Assembly: GCA_949285835.1 (NCBI GenBank)
Contig: CASEAR010000117.1
Coordinates: 302-64,301, forward strand
DNA: 64,000 nucleotides
DNA from: an uncultured Verrucomicrobiota bacterium
GTDB lineage: Bacteria; Verrucomicrobiota; Kiritimatiellia; RFP12; UBA3636
Direction of reading: 5' to 3'
Of the stretch, positions 60,240-64,000 are shown in pieces. Within the stretch, counting starts at the first letter, position 1; each line of letters begins with the position of its first letter. A model generated the notes under the pieces. It saw nothing but the letters and a program-made list of their open reading frames with translations. It did not search any database and was not told where the DNA came from. The position numbers and the translations under genes are program-made.

Positions 60240-62429
60240 TCAGTATATGAAGAGCATCTCCCGGTATTTCGGCAAAGGCCACGCATCGTCGTCCACGACA
60301 GACTCAAGAGAATCGACTATGGTTCGCATTTTTTTCATGGCAGGAACCACTCCGTCTCCGTTTTCCTTAAGTTCTTCGGACAGATCCTCGCACGCAGTAT
60401 GCAGACGATCCAGAAGCTCACCGATAACGCGAAGCTCTTCTTTCAGTGCGGACTCTCCCTGCCCTCCGCCGGTACTCTGCGAACAGGACAGTGCGCCTGC
60501 GATCTTCACAAACTCGCTTCTCGCTGCCGGCAATACCATATTCCTCGCAATTTCCAGAGAAATGCCGCCCTCTATATTTATCCGGCGGCGGTATTCAGCA
60601 AGAAAGACCTCGTATCTCGAAATCATTTCTATTTTTGAAAACACACCGTACTTCTCCACCAGATCCTGATTTTCCGCATCAAGCAGAGGCTTGAGCGCTT
60701 CCGGTGTAGAGGACAGATTAGGCAAGCCTCTTCTGCCAGCCTCCGCCACCCATTCGGCGCTGTAACCATTCCCGTTGAATATTACGCGGCGGTGCTTTGA
60801 AATCACATCCTTCACAACCTGCTGAAGGCCGTCGTTGAACTCCTCCGGAGAGAGTTTCTCCAGCCTTCCGGACATATAGTCCATGGACTCGGCTGCGATT
60901 ATGTTCAACATCATGCAGACTCCCGCGCACGACTGGCTGGCGCCCGGCGCGCGGAACTCAAACTTGTTGCCGGTAAACGCAAACGGACTTGTGCGGTTGC
61001 GGTCCGTTGCGTCACGCGGCAGCGGCGGCAGCGTATCCACTCCCATGCGCATCTCGCAGGAGCGCCTGCCCGATTTTTCCGAACCGTCGAGTATCCTGTC
61101 AAGAATGCCGCTCAGCTGGTCGCCGAGATAAATCGAAATGATGGCCGGGGGGGCCTCGTTGGAGCCGAGCCGCAGGTCATTGCCTGCGCTGCAAGTCGTT
61201 GACCTAAGCAAGTCTGCGTGCTTGTCTATTCCCCTTATCACGGCCGCAAGCACCGTCAGGAATATCATGTTCTGCTCCGGATCGTTGCCCGGATCAAACA
61301 GGTTGCGATCCCCGTATTGCACCGACCAGTTGTTGTGTTTACCGGAGCCGTTGACCCCGGCGAACGGTTTCTCATGCAGCAGACATACAAGCCCGTGCCT
61401 GTCCGCTACAGTTCTGAGCACCTCCATGACAAGCATGTTGTGGTCGACCGACAAATTCAGCTCCTCGAAAACAGGCGCAAGCTCGAACTGCGCCGGAGCC
61501 GCCTCGTTGTGACGTGTTTTCGCCGGAATGCCGAGTTTCCAAAGTTCCTCTTCTGCTTCCGCCATGAAATTGGCGACTCTGGGCTTTATTGAACCGAAAT
61601 AATGATCCTCCAGCTGCTGGTGCTTGGACGGAGGCGCGCCGAAAACGGTACGTCCGCACTGAAGCAGGTCCGGCCTGTGCAGATAGAACCTCTTGTCGAT
61701 GAGGAAAAACTCCTGCTCCGCACCGAGCGTAATCTTTACGGGCAGGCTGTTCGGCATCCCGAAGCATGACATCAGCCTTCTCACCGACGCTTTAAGCGCC
61801 TGCATCGAACGCAAAAGCGGAGTCTTCTTGTCCAGCGCCTCCCCTGTATAGCTGCAGAATGCAGTCGGTATGCACAAAATTGCATCCTTGGAATAGCGCT
61901 TTATGAATGCCGGGCTTGTCGGATCCCAGGCAGTGTATCCGCGAGCCTCGAATGTGGAACGTATCCCGCCGGATGGGAAACTTGACGCATCGGATTCCCC
62001 CACTATCAGGTTCTTGCCGGAAAACGACATTATCGCCTCGCCGTGCCCGGCTGGCTCCATGAATGCGTCGTGCTTCTCCGCCGTTCCTCCGTTAAGCGGC
62101 TGGAACCAGTGTGTATAATGCGTTGCGCCACGGTCTATCGCCCACTCTTTCATGGCATGCGCCACATCCCCGGCAATCGAAGGATCAAGAGGAACCCCGT
62201 TGTTTATCGTCTCCAGAAGCGCTTCCGCGATACCTTTGGGCAGATACTTGCGTATCGCCTTCTCATTAAAGACGTCAACCCCGTACATATCAAGATTTGT
62301 ACGTCCTGCCCCGCAGGGAGTTCCTGAAAAATCCTCCGCGATTTTGTCTATCGCCATGATACGGTTATAACTGCCCATCCCGCCTCCGGTTACAATCATC
62401 TTTCCAATAAAATCTGTCAGCCGCAACAA
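60240..62429 (-). CDS. glnN: glutamine synthetase type III
   Basis: 729 aa, the characteristic GSIII length. GS catalytic-domain motifs (..NGSGKHNNWS.., ..APPAIISIYLGD..). N-terminal region ...VFNEKAIRKYLPKGIAEAL matches the GSIII family. Confidence 0.85.
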   Translation of the reverse strand: MLRLTDFIGKMIVTGGGMGSYNRIMAIDKIAEDFSGTPCGAGRTNLDMYGVDVFNEKAIRKYLPKGIAEALLETINNGVPLDPSIAGDVAHAMKEWAIDRGATHYTHWFQPLNGGTAEKHDAFMEPAGHGEAIMSFSGKNLIVGESDASSFPSGGIRSTFEARGYTAWDPTSPAFIKRYSKDAILCIPTAFCSYTGEALDKKTPLLRSMQALKASVRRLMSCFGMPNSLPVKITLGAEQEFFLIDKRFYLHRPDLLQCGRTVFGAPPSKHQQLEDHYFGSIKPRVANFMAEAEEELWKLGIPAKTRHNEAAPAQFELAPVFEELNLSVDHNMLVMEVLRTVADRHGLVCLLHEKPFAGVNGSGKHNNWSVQYGDRNLFDPGNDPEQNMIFLTVLAAVIRGIDKHADLLRSTTCSAGNDLRLGSNEAPPAIISIYLGDQLSGILDRILDGSEKSGRRSCEMRMGVDTLPPLPRDATDRNRTSPFAFTGNKFEFRAPGASQSCAGVCMMLNIIAAESMDYMSGRLEKLSPEEFNDGLQQVVKDVISKHRRVIFNGNGYSAEWVAEAGRRGLPNLSSTPEALKPLLDAENQDLVEKYGVFSKIEMISRYEVFLAEYRRRINIEGGISLEIARNMVLPAARSEFVKIAGALSCSQSTGGGQGESALKEELRVIGELLDRLHTACEDLSEELKENGDGVVPAMKKMRTIVDSLESVVDDDAWPLPKYREMLFIY

Positions 62430-63535
62430 CCTTCACGGCTCAGTATTCTATCACAAGAAATTGTCCGAGGGCTAAAAAACTTTATTCTAAAGACAGAAAC
62501 ATATTGTATCATAAGACAGATACTGAACGAAAACACAGCTTGACGGCCTTATCAGGTGATGAGTCAAGTACTTGCCTCAGTACAATGGAAGAATGAAAAA
62601 CATAACCAGAAAGGCTGCAGCCGAATATTTGGAACAACGCCTCGCATTATGTCATACTGAAATCTCGCTCTGCAAAGAACCGGCTGTTGAATGAATTTTG
62701 CAGAGTGAAAAGCCGCGAAAGCATGTATACCAGTAAACTGCCTCGAGAAACGCTGAAATTCCGCGAACATTCCGGACGAGAATGTACATATACTGGCAAG
62801 GCGTCCGAACTCATTGGGGGAATGCATCGGTATTCCGGATGCATTTGTTCGCAGTACCCGGCTGCTGGGATCGAAAAACATTTCGCAGAATTCAGAGATA
62901 GCTGTCATGTCTCGCTAAGAGAAGAGGACAAGATTCTCAAAATCAGCGTCGGCACAATCGGCAGGCACCTCAAGGAGAAACGAAAATCTTAGCTCGATGC
63001 GAAAAACCTATGCCAAACCATCAAGCCGCCCGACTCGAATTATAATGACGTGGAGTCAAAAGAAACGCAGCTTGCAGCGACCATCACGCCTGAGAATGTG
63101 CAGACAGCCACTGCCGCGCCCTGCATATACGATATGTCCGGCACCTTAATTTGGATGCTTTTACTTGTGAACAAACGAACGCAATGAATTGAATTCCATC
63201 CCGTTCAGAACAAAAGCGCAGCCGATATTTTCGCTGCATTGGAAAAATCATCGATGCTTTCCATGTCAAATCACTTCACTATTCGGCAGTAGCTGCGAAT
63301 TCATGAACGCCCATCTTGTTCGATTTGTGCAATAATATCAGCAAATCAAGCATGGCCATCCCATATCCGTCAAATGCAATAATGGTAATGCGCATGTGGG
63401 AGTAAAGAACGAAAAGAAGGAATGGAAACATCGTACGAGGCATTTTCGGCGAAGCCGGTTATGATATGACGATCCAACTATGCCTTCACTCAATACGGGA
63501 ATATGTAAAAAAAAATTAAAATCAACAAAAACCGC

Positions 63536-63564
63536 TTGAAAAGGTATTAAACACCTGTTATATT
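63536..63564 (+). promoter_or_regulatory. sigma70-like promoter for the RHH gene
   Basis: TTGAAA, 17 nt, TATATT. AAGGAGG SD at 63574-63580, 7 nt before the ATG at 63588. Confidence 0.5.
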
Positions 63565-63587
63565 AGAAGGCACAAGGAGGAAATAAT

Positions 63588-63818
63588 ATGGTAAACATGC
63601 CGTCTATAAACAAATCTTACATCGGGTTTAACCTCGACGTCGAGCTAGTTGCGCTCGCAAAGCGCGAGGCGAAAAACCGGAAGATGACGCTGACTGACTT
63701 TGTTCAGTACATCATCCAAAAGGAACTGGATAAATCCGGGACGGAATTGACCAATGAAGACACAGAATGGATTATTGAGCAGATTAGAAAGAACAAGGAG
63801 AAGCGTAACAATGGCTAA
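63588..63818 (+). CDS. ribbon-helix-helix (CopG/Arc/ParD-like) small DNA-binding protein, antitoxin-like
   Basis: 76 aa. N-terminal beta-strand segment KSYIGFNLDVELVALAKREAKNRKMTLTDFVQYIIQKEL fits the RHH beta-alpha-alpha pattern. Strong SD and promoter. Embedded in an AT-rich segment. Confidence 0.6.
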   Translation: MVNMPSINKSYIGFNLDVELVALAKREAKNRKMTLTDFVQYIIQKELDKSGTELTNEDTEWIIEQIRKNKEKRNNG

Positions 63819-64000
63819 CAACTCGATTAAAATAACGGTCTCACTCCCGATCGCATTATAGTACATTTGTGAAGAGCAGTATCTGTACATCAATTTGTGC
63901 AGCCGTTCTGTTCAGCTTGTCAGGCGCAACAAACAGACAAAAGCGCAAGAAAACAGGAAAACCCGTGATACGCCAAAGACTCCGGCCGAAAGCGCGATTC

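Noticed and set aside
62564-62992. Overlapping small ORFs (114 aa minus, 101 aa plus) in the AT-rich segment
   Set aside because: They are mutually exclusive, have no motifs or SD sequences, and sit in a region that looks like decayed or non-coding DNA.

Overview
This window is a high-GC (~60%) bacterial chromosomal segment with two lower-GC stretches (about 38.2-41.0 kb and 62.4-63.6 kb). Gene content suggests a PVC-superphylum organism (Lentisphaerota/Verrucomicrobiota-like), which is an inference, not a database hit. The supporting content is a 1407-aa secreted protein with chlamydial Pmp-type GGA/FxxN beta-helix repeats, an autotransporter-type beta-strand-repeat protein, several secreted glycoside-hydrolase/CBM9 proteins, GSIII glutamine synthetase, an RRM protein and a lone gspF. 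Core genes present are grpE-dnaJ-rsmE, an argC-bactofilin-bactofilin operon, hisA-recJ, rarA-mfd, a complete recC-recB-recD operon, rlmI and three tRNAs (Arg-CCG, Tyr-GTA, Ser-GCT). The most system-like accessory block is a tightly packed plus-strand operon at 41.7-49.5 kb. It encodes a TolC-like OMP, a cysteine-rich zinc-ribbon protein of unknown function, a HlyD-family adaptor, two fused ABC half-transporters forming an asymmetric heterodimer, and a DUF523 protein. It lies next to the Pmp-repeat giant protein. Other items worth a second look are a tRNA-Arg/tRNA-Tyr-flanked low-GC islet carrying a Kdo/WaaP-like kinase and an RRM gene, two adjacent frameshifted carbohydrate-active genes (GH2-like and CBM9-like), and a UPRTase-like fusion protein overlapping an NCS1 permease. 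There is also a zinc-ribbon-bactofilin fusion, degenerate intergenic repeats, and an AT-rich boundary with an RHH (antitoxin-like) gene at the right edge. No CRISPR array, rRNA, integrase or transposase was recognised.
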